64,000 nucleotides of DNA from NCBI GenBank assembly GCA_964575165.1, contig CAZNQK010000003.1:10860-74859 (forward strand), in the 5' to 3' direction. Each line of letters begins with the position of its first letter. Position 1 is the stretch's first letter. The stretch is from an uncultured Aquihabitans sp. GTDB taxonomy: Bacteria; Actinomycetota; Acidimicrobiia; Acidimicrobiales; Microtrichaceae. A model generated the notes under the pieces. The model was not told the origin of the DNA. It worked only from the letters and a program-made list of their open reading frames with translations, and made no database searches. The translations under genes and the position numbers were made by a program. Positions 8,839 through 17,524 of this stretch are shown piece by piece.

Positions 8839-11250
8839 TCATCCGTTCCTCTGGGCGACGCGCTGGCGGATCCGGTCCGCCCGTTCGCGGAACGCCGGGG
8901 CGATCGGCAGCACCGGGTGGCGGAACGTCGATCCGAAGTCCTCTACCAACCATCCCCGCTTGCGGGCGATGGACGCCAGCCGCGGTTCGGGGTTGACCGC
9001 CACCGGGAACCCGACGGCCTCGAGCATCGGCAGATCCGAGGACGAGTCGGCGTAGGCGACGGCCTGACGGGGGTCGAGGTCGAGGTCGTGGCACAGGTCG
9101 ACGATGATCCGGGCTCGGGCCTCGGCAGTCGGTGGCACCTCGTCGAGCTGGCCGGTGAGCACCTCGCGCCCGTTGAGGTCGACCCGGGTCCCGAGCCTGG
9201 CGCACACCACGTGGTCGAACAGCGGTCGGAGCGGTTCGATGACCACGTCGAGCGCTCCCGTGATCAGGACCGTGGTGTGACCGAGCTCGCGGTGGCGACG
9301 GACGCGCCGCACGGCATCGGGGAACGAACGTGTGAGCAGCAGGTCGCTGAAGTGCTCGAGGGCGTCGGTGCGCAGCTCGTCCAGCGGTGCCCCCTCGTAG
9401 CGACGGTAGAAGGCCCGGAGGAAGTCCGACCGGTCCCGGCGGTCCTGGGCGAGCAGCGACGGCGCCTCTGCGAGCGTTCGACCGATGAACCGGACGCGAT
9501 CGGCGGTTCCCAGTCGACGGGTCGCCAGCCACGAGTACGAGGCCACGACGTTCGAGGCGATGATCGTGTTCTCGAGGTCGAACGCCGCGAGGTGCCGCTC
9601 AGGTGCCAGGACCTGGGAGCGGAGCCGGTCGGAGCGGGCCGTCGCAGAGCGCTTCGTCGGGCTGGAGCGGGCGCGACCGTGGGCCACGACCGACGGCAGA
9701 TGGACCTCGGTGATGTAGCGGTCCCAGTCGATGACGCCAGGGTCGAGCCCGAACAGCTCACGGTCCGCGGGGCTGAGCCGGGACTCGAGGTCGAGCAGGT
9801 TGGACACGCCGTACACCGCCTCGCACTCGGTGTACGCCCCGTACAGCTCGACGTACGACAGCGCTCGTCGTGCCTGTTCCCGCTTCTCCTCGACCTCGGC
9901 GCCCCACTGCGCCGCTCGTCCGCGCAAGGGGATCGAGGCCACGACCTTCTCGGTCCGGTCGAGGATCGAAGTGGCCCGACGCAGCTGGCCCTCGACGCGC
10001 CCCCGTCCTGGGAACGACCAGGCCGGCACCACGATCGGCTGTCCGTCGCGGTCGTACAGCGGGTGTTCGGTGAACCACTCCCGGACACGGTCGACGAGCT
10101 GCTGGTAGCGCAGAGGGTTCACGTCCCCGGTGGCCACCTGGACGATGCGGGGGCCGGTGCTGTCGGACGTGTCGTCGGACTCGTGACCCGTTGCCCGCTC
10201 TGCTGCTGCCGCGACGATCGCGGCAACCACGACGTCGACCGGGATGACGTCGACGACGCCCTCGGGCACGCCGGGGAACTCCTTGAGCAGGCCCCGGGCG
10301 TAGCTGAGGATGATCGGCTCGGCCATCCGGAAGCCGCGGATCCAGCCGGGCCGCGGTTCGGCGATGGCGGATTCGATGATCGACGGTCGCACGATGGTGG
10401 ACGGGATCCCCGGAGCGCCATCTGTCGGGCGGGCGGTCTGGGTGAGCGCGACCTCGCCGAGGGCCTTGGTGAAGGCGTAGGCGTCGGGCCAACCCACCGA
10501 CGCCGCACGCGACCTACCGAACTGCACCATCCGGTCGTGCACCCAGTCGCGGCGGAGTCCCTCGGTCCGTTCGGCCAGCAGCGGGCCTCCGGCCGGTCCG
10601 AGCTCGTTGCGGGCCCGGGACCGGAACTCCTCGAGCCGTTCGGGCGTACGGCTCTCGGCGTCGACGTCGGATCGGGTCCGCCTGGCCGAGGTGACCTCGG
10701 CGCGCCAGTCCAGGTCGGCGAAGAACGGGTTGGCCGTCACCGGCTCCTCCGGTGCTGAGCCGCGCCGGTTCCCGGCCACATAGCAGGTGCTGACGGCCAC
10801 GAGGTGCGGCGCAACGCCGAGGTCGTGCAGCGTCTCGGCGATGCGGACCGGGCCCATGAGGTTGATCTCGACGGCGCGGTCGAGCGGTGCGTCGAACGCC
10901 ACCGTCGCAGCGGAGTGGATCACGACGTCCGCTGCCGCCAGCGCGGCACGGCCGTCCTCGTCGAGTCCGAGCCCATCGGATCCGACGTCGCCGCTGACCG
11001 CTCGCACCCGTGTGGACGCTGCGGCGAACCCGTCGGGTCCGAGCTCGTCGCGGAGGCGGTCGAAGCAGTCGTTGCGCAGGACCTCGCGCTCCAGCCGGCG
11101 CTGGGCGCTGGAGCGTCGACCGTCGCGGATCAAGAGCGTGAGGTCGACGTCCGGGACGCAGCGCAGCAGCCGTTCGACCAGCGCGGTGCCCACGAATCCG
11201 GTCGCGCCGGTCACGAACAGGCGCTTGCCGGCGAGGCCGTCGACGATCAC
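8839..11250 (-). CDS. Fusion protein: fatty acyl-CoA reductase-type SDR (NAD_binding_4 / male-sterility type) followed by a C-terminal HAD-IB-like hydrolase domain
   Basis: GTG at 11250 preceded by GGGAGAG. FVTGATGFVGTALVERLL, VIHSAATVAF and YAFTK (YxxxK) define the reductase. The C-terminus has the HAD motif-I-like FDLENT plus GALDVVIEP...YADSSSDLPMLEAVG. The 243 codons upstream in the 1046-aa ORF overlap ddl and were rejected. Confidence 0.75.
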   Translation of the reverse strand: MIVDGLAGKRLFVTGATGFVGTALVERLLRCVPDVDLTLLIRDGRRSSAQRRLEREVLRNDCFDRLRDELGPDGFAAASTRVRAVSGDVGSDGLGLDEDGRAALAAADVVIHSAATVAFDAPLDRAVEINLMGPVRIAETLHDLGVAPHLVAVSTCYVAGNRRGSAPEEPVTANPFFADLDWRAEVTSARRTRSDVDAESRTPERLEEFRSRARNELGPAGGPLLAERTEGLRRDWVHDRMVQFGRSRAASVGWPDAYAFTKALGEVALTQTARPTDGAPGIPSTIVRPSIIESAIAEPRPGWIRGFRMAEPIILSYARGLLKEFPGVPEGVVDVIPVDVVVAAIVAAAAERATGHESDDTSDSTGPRIVQVATGDVNPLRYQQLVDRVREWFTEHPLYDRDGQPIVVPAWSFPGRGRVEGQLRRATSILDRTEKVVASIPLRGRAAQWGAEVEEKREQARRALSYVELYGAYTECEAVYGVSNLLDLESRLSPADRELFGLDPGVIDWDRYITEVHLPSVVAHGRARSSPTKRSATARSDRLRSQVLAPERHLAAFDLENTIIASNVVASYSWLATRRLGTADRVRFIGRTLAEAPSLLAQDRRDRSDFLRAFYRRYEGAPLDELRTDALEHFSDLLLTRSFPDAVRRVRRHRELGHTTVLITGALDVVIEPLRPLFDHVVCARLGTRVDLNGREVLTGQLDEVPPTAEARARIIVDLCHDLDLDPRQAVAYADSSSDLPMLEAVGFPVAVNPEPRLASIARKRGWLVEDFGSTFRHPVLPIAPAFRERADRIRQRVAQRNG

Positions 11251-11306
11251 GGTTGCTCTCCCTATCAGATCCGTCGGCCGCGGGCAGATCCGATGGGCGC
11301 GACAGC

Positions 11307-12440
11307 TCAGCGTCCGGTCTCGAAGCGGCTGCGTCGCTCGTGGCGTTCCAGAGCGAGGCCAACCAGCTCGTCGATCAGCTCGGAGTAGGTGAGCCCCGAC
11401 GCCGCCCACAGCTTCGGGAACATCGAGATGGGTGTGAATCCCGGGAACGTGTTGATCTCGTTGACCAGCAACCGGGGCTCGATGATGCTCCCGTCGGTGC
11501 CCCTGCCGTCGTCGCCCGACGACAGGAACATGTCGACCCTCGCCAGGCCCTCGGCCCTCAACGCCCGGTAGGTGCGGATCGCCAGCTCCCTGACCTGCTC
11601 CGACAGCTCGTCTCCGATGTCGGCGGGGACGACGGTCTGCGCCGCGCCGTCGCTGTACTTGTCGTCGTAGTCGTAGAACTCGGCGGCCGGAACGATCTCG
11701 CCGACCACCGACGCCCTCGGCTCCAGGTTGCCGAGCACCCCGCACTCGAGCTCCCGCGCTCGGCCGTCGGCGCTCCCCACGTCCTGTTCGACGACGATCA
11801 GGTCGTCGTAACGGGCCGCCTCGGCGAGCGCCGCCCGTACGGACTCCTCGTCGTCGGCGCGGGACACGCCGATCGACGAGCCCATGTTGGCGGGCTTCAC
11901 GAACACGACCGGACCGAGGTCGTCGAGCAGCCGCTTCTCGAGCCCGGGTTCCACCAGATCGCCTGCGACCAGGGAGCACCAGCGGGGCTGCGGGATGCCG
12001 TGGGCGTCGAGGACGGTCTTGGCCATCGCCTTGTCCATGGCTACCGCCGAGCCGAGGACCCCGGCGCCCACGTACGGCAGATCGGCCAGCTCCAGGAGGC
12101 CCTGGACCGTGCCGTCCTCGCCGTATGGTCCGTGCAGGACCGGGATGACGACCGTCGGGATGCCGGAGCGACCGTCGGGTCGGGCGAGTGCCATCGGGTC
12201 CGTGGCGGGTCCCGCGACGTCGACCGATTCCGGCAGCGCCCGACCTGAGCCCAGCAGCTCGGCCGCTGCCTCGGCGAACTGCCAGCGGCCCTCTCGGGTG
12301 ATGCCGACGGGTACCACGTCGTAGCGGTCGGGGTCGATCGCTGCGAGCACGTGGGCGGCCGAGACCCGGCTCACGTCGTGCTCGGCCGAGCGGCCTCCGA
12401 ACAGCACGACCAGTCGAACCCGTTGCGGAGAAGCGCTCAC
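11307..12440 (-). CDS. ddl: D-alanine--D-alanine ligase
   Basis: VVLFGGRSAEHDVSRVSA...VIPVLHGPYGEDGTVQGLLE...VFVKPANMGSSIGVS...EINTFPGFT are classic Ddl motifs. GTG 12440 (VSASPQRVRLVVLFGG) was chosen over the far-upstream ATG. Confidence 0.85.
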   Translation of the reverse strand: MSASPQRVRLVVLFGGRSAEHDVSRVSAAHVLAAIDPDRYDVVPVGITREGRWQFAEAAAELLGSGRALPESVDVAGPATDPMALARPDGRSGIPTVVIPVLHGPYGEDGTVQGLLELADLPYVGAGVLGSAVAMDKAMAKTVLDAHGIPQPRWCSLVAGDLVEPGLEKRLLDDLGPVVFVKPANMGSSIGVSRADDEESVRAALAEAARYDDLIVVEQDVGSADGRARELECGVLGNLEPRASVVGEIVPAAEFYDYDDKYSDGAAQTVVPADIGDELSEQVRELAIRTYRALRAEGLARVDMFLSSGDDGRGTDGSIIEPRLLVNEINTFPGFTPISMFPKLWAASGLTYSELIDELVGLALERHERRSRFETGR

Positions 12441-12492
12441 GGGTCGGAGTCTGTCACGGGGCCGGCGCCGCCAGCGCGTACCATGCGCGCCC

Positions 12493-13923
12493 GTGCAGAT
12501 GGACGCTCGAGACCTGGCGGCCCGTCTCGGCGGGACGCTCCGACCTGCTCGGGGGACGCGGCCCGCTGGGGGAGGAGAGCCCGCCGGGGGAGGAGAGCCC
12601 GGTCGCACGTCGTCCGGTTCGCTGGTCGTCGACGGGCTGGCGATCGACTCCCGACTCGTCCGACCGGGTCAGATGTTCGCAGCGCTCCGGGCGGAACGGG
12701 ACGGTCACGACTTCGTGGCCGCGGCGTTCGAGCGCGGCGCCGCGTTGGCGCTCGTGGATCGACGTGGCGGTGAGGGGTCGAGCGCTCCTTGGTCGGGCCC
12801 CGTGATCGAGGTCGTCTCGGTGCCCGATGCGCTGGCCGAGGTGGCGCGGATCGCGCGCGAGGCTTTGCCGGACCGCGTCGTCGGGGTGACGGGCTCTGTC
12901 GGCAAGACCACGACGAAGGACCTGTTGGCCAACGTCCTGGCACGGCGGTTCCGGACGGTGGCGTCGGAGCGGTCGTTCAACAACGAGCTCGGGGTCCCGA
13001 TCACCCTGGCCAACGCGCCGGACGGCACCGAGGCGGCGGTCGTCGAGATGGGTGCCCGAGGGCACGGCCACATCCGCCACCTGTGCGAGTTGGCTCGTCC
13101 GACGGTCGGTGTCGTCACCGTCGTCGAAGGGGTCCACACCGAGGTGATGGGATCCATCGACCGGGTCGGGCTCGCAAAGCGGGAGCTGGTCGAGGACCTG
13201 CCCGCCGACGGAGCAGCCGTGCTCAACGCCGGAGATCCCAACGTCGCTGCGATGGCCGCGCACACGTCGGCCTCGGTCGTCATGTTCGGCGGGGAGGGAA
13301 CGACCTTGGGCGATGTGCACGCTGCTGACGTCACGATCGACGACGGTCTGCGTGCCGGCTTCGTGCTGCACTCGCCGTGGGGCTCTGCGTCGGTGCACCT
13401 CGGTGTCCGGGGCGCGCACAACGTCACCAACGCGCTGGCGGCCGCGGCGACGGGACTCTGGCTCGGTGTCGACGTGGGCGAGGTCGCGGCCGGTCTGGCT
13501 GAACCCCCTGCCTCGCCCTGGCGGATGGAGCTGGTCGAGTCCGAGGCCGGCCTGCGGGTCCTGAACGACTCGTACAACGCGGGGCCGGCGTCGATGGCCG
13601 CCGCCCTGCGGGCGCTCGCAGCGCTACCTCTTCCGGACGGCGGTCGTCGGGTCGCCGTGCTCGGGATCATGGCCGAGCTCGGTGAGGAAGGACCCGACGC
13701 CCACCGGCACGTCGCCGCGTTGGCCGACGAGTTGGGCATCCACGTGCTGGCCGTGGGTTGCGACCTCTACGGAGTGCAGGATCGCGTACCTGGCGCCGAC
13801 GCCGCGCTGGAGGTCGTGGAGTCGCTCGAGCTCGGGGGATCCGATGCCGTCCTGGTCAAGGGCAGCCGAGTCGCCGGTCTCGAACGTGTGGCGGCGGCGT
13901 TGACTCGTCCAGGTCGATCGTGA
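12493..13923 (+). CDS. murF: UDP-N-acetylmuramoyl-tripeptide--D-alanyl-D-alanine ligase
   Basis: Mur ligase P-loop GVTGSVGKTTTKDLLANVL, NNELGVPITL, EMGARGHGHI and DSYNAGPASMAAAL motifs. Divergent from ddl. Confidence 0.85.
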   Translation: MQMDARDLAARLGGTLRPARGTRPAGGGEPAGGGEPGRTSSGSLVVDGLAIDSRLVRPGQMFAALRAERDGHDFVAAAFERGAALALVDRRGGEGSSAPWSGPVIEVVSVPDALAEVARIAREALPDRVVGVTGSVGKTTTKDLLANVLARRFRTVASERSFNNELGVPITLANAPDGTEAAVVEMGARGHGHIRHLCELARPTVGVVTVVEGVHTEVMGSIDRVGLAKRELVEDLPADGAAVLNAGDPNVAAMAAHTSASVVMFGGEGTTLGDVHAADVTIDDGLRAGFVLHSPWGSASVHLGVRGAHNVTNALAAAATGLWLGVDVGEVAAGLAEPPASPWRMELVESEAGLRVLNDSYNAGPASMAAALRALAALPLPDGGRRVAVLGIMAELGEEGPDAHRHVAALADELGIHVLAVGCDLYGVQDRVPGADAALEVVESLELGGSDAVLVKGSRVAGLERVAAALTRPGRS

Positions 13924-15187
13924 GTCCGAGGATCAGTGACACTGCTGCTCCGAACATCAGGACGGGGACGATGCCGATGGCGTCGATGATCGGTCCGGCG
14001 ATCAACCCGCCGACAGGGACGAGTCCCGCCCACCCCATCATCCACAGGCCCATGACCCGGCCTCGCACCGAGTCGTGGACCCTGAGCTGCAAGGTGGTGG
14101 ACAGCGCGGTGACCAGCACGAAGTAGGCGCCGCCGGTGACGAACACCGCCGGGAACGCGACCCAGCTCGACGTGGTCACGGTGAACAAGGCGAGAGCCCC
14201 GGCGAAGACGAACAGGCTCGTCGTCGACATGCGTGCGCGGTCCAGCTCGGAGAAGACGGTGCCCATGGAGACGGCGCCCAGGGCGGCGCCGAGTGCGAAG
14301 GACGCGAACAGCAGCGTGTAGGCGAGCCCGTCGATCCGGAACCGCTCCTCCGCGATCAGGGGCATCTGGTAGATGAAGACGAGCGAGCAGAGCGAGAAGA
14401 CGGCGATCGTGATGAGCACCCGGGCGACGACCGGATCCCTGCGGGCCTCGGTCACCCCTTCCCGCAGCTGGCTCCACGCGGATGTCGATCCGTCGCCCTT
14501 CGGTGAGAAGTCCGCGTGGACGGTGGCCACCGCCCAGATCACGAACAGGTAGGTCAGGCCGTTCACGCCGAACACGAGCGACGGGCCGCCCAGCTGGGCG
14601 ACGAGGCCGCCGAGGATCGGTCCGGCGACCCGGGCCGTGTTCATGGCAGCGGAGTTGAGCGCCACCGCTCCCTGGAGGTCCTCGCGACCCACGAGCTCGG
14701 GGAGCACGGCGCTGAACGTCGGCCCGTTGAGGGACGCGCCGACGCCGATCCCGAACACGATCAGCACCAGTGCGATGCGATTGGGCTGGTCGGACAGGGC
14801 GACGACGGCCAGCACCATCGAGAGCACGGTCTGGCTCATGGCGATGCCGATCATGAGGAGCCGGCGGTCGACCCGGTCGGCGATCGCGCCGCCGACGGGG
14901 GACAGGATCAGCATCGGCCCGAGCTGGGCGAACGTGATGACGCCGATGAACCACGCCTCGCCGGTCAGCCTGTAGGCCAGCACTCCCAGGGTGATGTTCT
15001 GCATCCAGGTCCCGATGTTGGATGCGAGGTTGCCGTACCAGACCCGGCGGAACGCCGGCTGGGCGAACGCCGAAGCCAGGGTTCCGGTTCCGCCCCGGCT
15101 GGCGCGGCCTGGGCGATCCTTCGTGTGTCGAACTATCTGCACGACGACAGGGTAGCAAGGCGGCCGTCGGGAGTGGGCGGGAGTCAC
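13856..15187 (-). CDS. MFS transporter (EntS/MFS_3-like, 12 TM)
   Basis: FRRVWYGNLASNIGTWMQNITLGVLAYRLTG...SPVGGAIADRVDRR is the typical N-terminal signature. GTG 15142 is an alternative start. The 3' end overlaps murF convergently by 68 nt. Confidence 0.7.
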   Translation of the reverse strand: MTPAHSRRPPCYPVVVQIVRHTKDRPGRASRGGTGTLASAFAQPAFRRVWYGNLASNIGTWMQNITLGVLAYRLTGEAWFIGVITFAQLGPMLILSPVGGAIADRVDRRLLMIGIAMSQTVLSMVLAVVALSDQPNRIALVLIVFGIGVGASLNGPTFSAVLPELVGREDLQGAVALNSAAMNTARVAGPILGGLVAQLGGPSLVFGVNGLTYLFVIWAVATVHADFSPKGDGSTSAWSQLREGVTEARRDPVVARVLITIAVFSLCSLVFIYQMPLIAEERFRIDGLAYTLLFASFALGAALGAVSMGTVFSELDRARMSTTSLFVFAGALALFTVTTSSWVAFPAVFVTGGAYFVLVTALSTTLQLRVHDSVRGRVMGLWMMGWAGLVPVGGLIAGPIIDAIGIVPVLMFGAAVSLILGLTIDLDESTPPPHVRDRRLGCP

Positions 15188-15219
15188 CGACGGCGCCGCC
15201 TGGGCCAGACTGGTCGACG

Positions 15220-16017
15220 GTGGAGCGCGATCGGGACGGGCAACGGAACCACTACCAGGTGCTCGGTGTGGCGCCGACGGCGTCCACGGCGCAGATCCGC
15301 AGCTCCTACCGGCAGCTCGCCTACCTGCTGCACCCGGACCGACAGGCCGACGCCACCGATGCCGAGCGCCGCCTCGCCGAGCGCAGGATGCGTGAGGTCA
15401 ACGTGGCCTGGACCACCCTGTCGGATGCGCCGAGGCGCGCCGAGTACGACGCGACCATCGCCCGGACCGCCGGACAGGGCGCCACGGTGGGGGGCGGATC
15501 AGGCCCGTCGGGCAGTCCGTGGGTGTCGGGTCGGTCGGGTCGATCCGGTACCGCCGCCGCCGCCGGCGCCCGGCCGGCCGGCGCCGGGGGCGAACGGGAC
15601 CCCGGCGCGTGGTGGGACAGCGACGACCCCGACGCTGCACTGGCTCGTGCCCGGGCCTCGCAACTCGACGCGGATGACGCGACGGGTCTCGACGACGAGG
15701 TCGACGTGGGTCACCTGTGGTTGCTGCGTCGGGGTCCGGTCATCGCCATGGTGCTCGTCGCCCTGGTGATCTTCGTGCTGACCGCGTACGCAGGCAGGGG
15801 GGCGTCGGGTCCGACGGCGACGTCGGCGCCCCCGCCGATCGACCCGACCTCGGACTGCATCCGGGTCATGTCGGGCCAGATGGCGTACCGGGTCTCGTGC
15901 TCGAGCAACTACGACGCACGGATCGAGCGCAAGGAACCGGACGCGCGGGCCTGTGAACCCGACGGGTTCTCCTATGCCGTGGTCGGCAACGAGTCCTACT
16001 GCGTGAGCGGCCGGTAG
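15220..16017 (+). CDS. J-domain (DnaJ-like) membrane protein
   Basis: NHYQVLGVAPTASTAQIRSSYRQLAYLLHPDRQ...VNVAWTTLSDAPRRAEYD is a J domain with the HPD motif. It is followed by a Gly/Ser/Ala-rich linker, one TM (VIAMVLVALVIFVLTAYA) and a Cys-containing C-terminal domain. GTG 15220 was chosen. Confidence 0.65.
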   Translation: MERDRDGQRNHYQVLGVAPTASTAQIRSSYRQLAYLLHPDRQADATDAERRLAERRMREVNVAWTTLSDAPRRAEYDATIARTAGQGATVGGGSGPSGSPWVSGRSGRSGTAAAAGARPAGAGGERDPGAWWDSDDPDAALARARASQLDADDATGLDDEVDVGHLWLLRRGPVIAMVLVALVIFVLTAYAGRGASGPTATSAPPPIDPTSDCIRVMSGQMAYRVSCSSNYDARIERKEPDARACEPDGFSYAVVGNESYCVSGR

Positions 16018-16186
16018 TCGCCGTCCGCGCTCCGACGATCCTGGGCACGAGCGACAACTGGTCGGTCGGTGGCGCCCGAGATCCTTCGTCGCTCCGGTTC
16101 CGGACCGTGAGCCGCGTGGCCAGGACGCGCGTGGCTTGGTGAGGATCTGGGAACCGGTTCCGGTTCTGGACCACACTCGTCGGCGC

Positions 16187-17413
16187 ATGGACTTCGACGA
16201 CACTCCGGAGGAGCTGGCCCTGCGCGCCGAGGCGAGAGCCTGGCTCGATGCCAACGCCATCCGCTCGGACCCGGCGTCGCTCGACGACATCCGGACCTAC
16301 CGGGCCCACACGATGGAGGAGGACGCCGCCCACGTCGCCGAGGCCCGCGAGTGGCAGCGTCGCAAGGCCGACGCCGGGTGGGCGGCTCCGTCGTGGCCGG
16401 CGGAGCTCGGCGGTCGTGGACTTCCGGGTCTGCTGTCCGGCATCTTCGCCGCCGAGGAGGCGGACTACGACGTCGCCGGCCGCATGTTCTCGGTCGGAAC
16501 CGACATGGTGGGTCCGACGATCATCGAGTGGGGGACCGACGAGCAGCGTGGTCGGTACCTGCCGCGCATCCTGCGGGCCGACGACATCTGGTGCCAGCTG
16601 TTCAGCGAACCCGGCGCCGGATCGGACCTCGCGGCGGTCGCCACCCGGGCGATCCTCGACGGTGACGAATGGGTGGTGACCGGTCAGAAGGTGTGGACCA
16701 CCGCTGCGCACTACAGCGACCTCGGTCTGATCCTCGCCCGGACCGACCCCGGTGTCCCCAAGCACCGAGGGATCACAGCTCTCGTCATCGACATGGGCGC
16801 GGCGGGCGTCGACGTCCGGCCGCTACGCCAGATCGACGGTGCCATCCACTTCAACGAGGTGTTCCTCGACGAGGTTCGGGTCCCGAGGGGCGACACGATC
16901 GGGCCGATCGGCGGTGGCTGGGGAGTGGCGATGACGATGCTCACCGCCGAGCGGGCCTCCATCGGCGGTGGGTCGATGTACACCGTCGACCAACTGATCC
17001 AGCTTGCCCGCGACATGGGCCGGGACCGGGACCCGTTGATCCGACAGCGTCTGGCCGACCTGTACACGCGGGACGAGATCCTCCGCTTCCTGGGCTACCG
17101 AATCCGCACCTCGGCGGCGCGTGGCCATGCCCCGGGCCCGGAGAGCTCGGTCATGAAGCTGGCGGTGTCGTCCCGCTACGAGAAGGGCGGTGACCTGATG
17201 CTCGACATCGAGGGAGCCGCCGCGACGCTGACCCACGACGACGCTCCGTACGGCGGGCGCTTCCAGGACCTGTTCATGGGTCAGTGGGCGCCACGCATCG
17301 GCGGCGGGACCGATCAGGTGCAGCGCAACATCATCGGCGAGCGGGTGCTCGGTCTACCCGGTGACGTCCGGGTCGACCGTGACGTGGCGTTCCGCGATCT
17401 GCCCCGAGGCTGA
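16187..17413 (+). CDS. Acyl-CoA dehydrogenase family protein
   Basis: MDFDDTPEELALRAEARAWLD..., IWCQLFSEPGAGSDLA, DGDEWVVTGQKVWTT and GGGTDQVQRNIIGERVLGLP are canonical ACAD blocks. Confidence 0.85.
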   Translation: MDFDDTPEELALRAEARAWLDANAIRSDPASLDDIRTYRAHTMEEDAAHVAEAREWQRRKADAGWAAPSWPAELGGRGLPGLLSGIFAAEEADYDVAGRMFSVGTDMVGPTIIEWGTDEQRGRYLPRILRADDIWCQLFSEPGAGSDLAAVATRAILDGDEWVVTGQKVWTTAAHYSDLGLILARTDPGVPKHRGITALVIDMGAAGVDVRPLRQIDGAIHFNEVFLDEVRVPRGDTIGPIGGGWGVAMTMLTAERASIGGGSMYTVDQLIQLARDMGRDRDPLIRQRLADLYTRDEILRFLGYRIRTSAARGHAPGPESSVMKLAVSSRYEKGGDLMLDIEGAAATLTHDDAPYGGRFQDLFMGQWAPRIGGGTDQVQRNIIGERVLGLPGDVRVDRDVAFRDLPRG

Positions 17414-17433
17414 AGCATCGGCCGGAACCTCTT

Positions 17434-17482
17434 GAACTCGGGTCGTCTCGCGCCGCATGTCGGCGTCAGACGACCCGAGTTC
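17434..17482. repeat. 49-nt hairpin repeat, copy A1 (14-bp stem GAACTCGGGTCGTC / GACGACCCGAGTTC, 21-nt loop)
   Basis: Read directly from the sequence. 44/49 positions are identical to copy A2 at 19832-19880. Lies 21 nt after the acyl-CoA dehydrogenase stop and just upstream of the putative iscS promoter. Confidence 0.8.
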
Positions 17483-17490
17483 GGCTCAGG

Positions 17491-17518
17491 TTGGCGGCGT
17501 CGGTGGGCGGCGTAGCAT
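17491..17518 (+). promoter_or_regulatory. Putative promoter of a leaderless iscS mRNA (-35 TTGGCG, 16-nt spacer, -10 TAGCAT, 6 nt to GTG 17525)
   Basis: Hexamers read in the sequence. No Shine-Dalgarno lies between the -10 and the start codon. Confidence 0.35.
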
Positions 17519-17524
17519 TCGACG

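Noticed and set aside
11251-11979. N-terminal 243 codons of the 1046-aa minus-strand ORF (8839..11979).
   Set aside because: This part overlaps ddl on the same strand in another frame and is Arg/Gly/Pro-rich low-complexity sequence. A GTG with GGGAGAG upstream at 11250 begins exactly at the reductase Rossmann motif.
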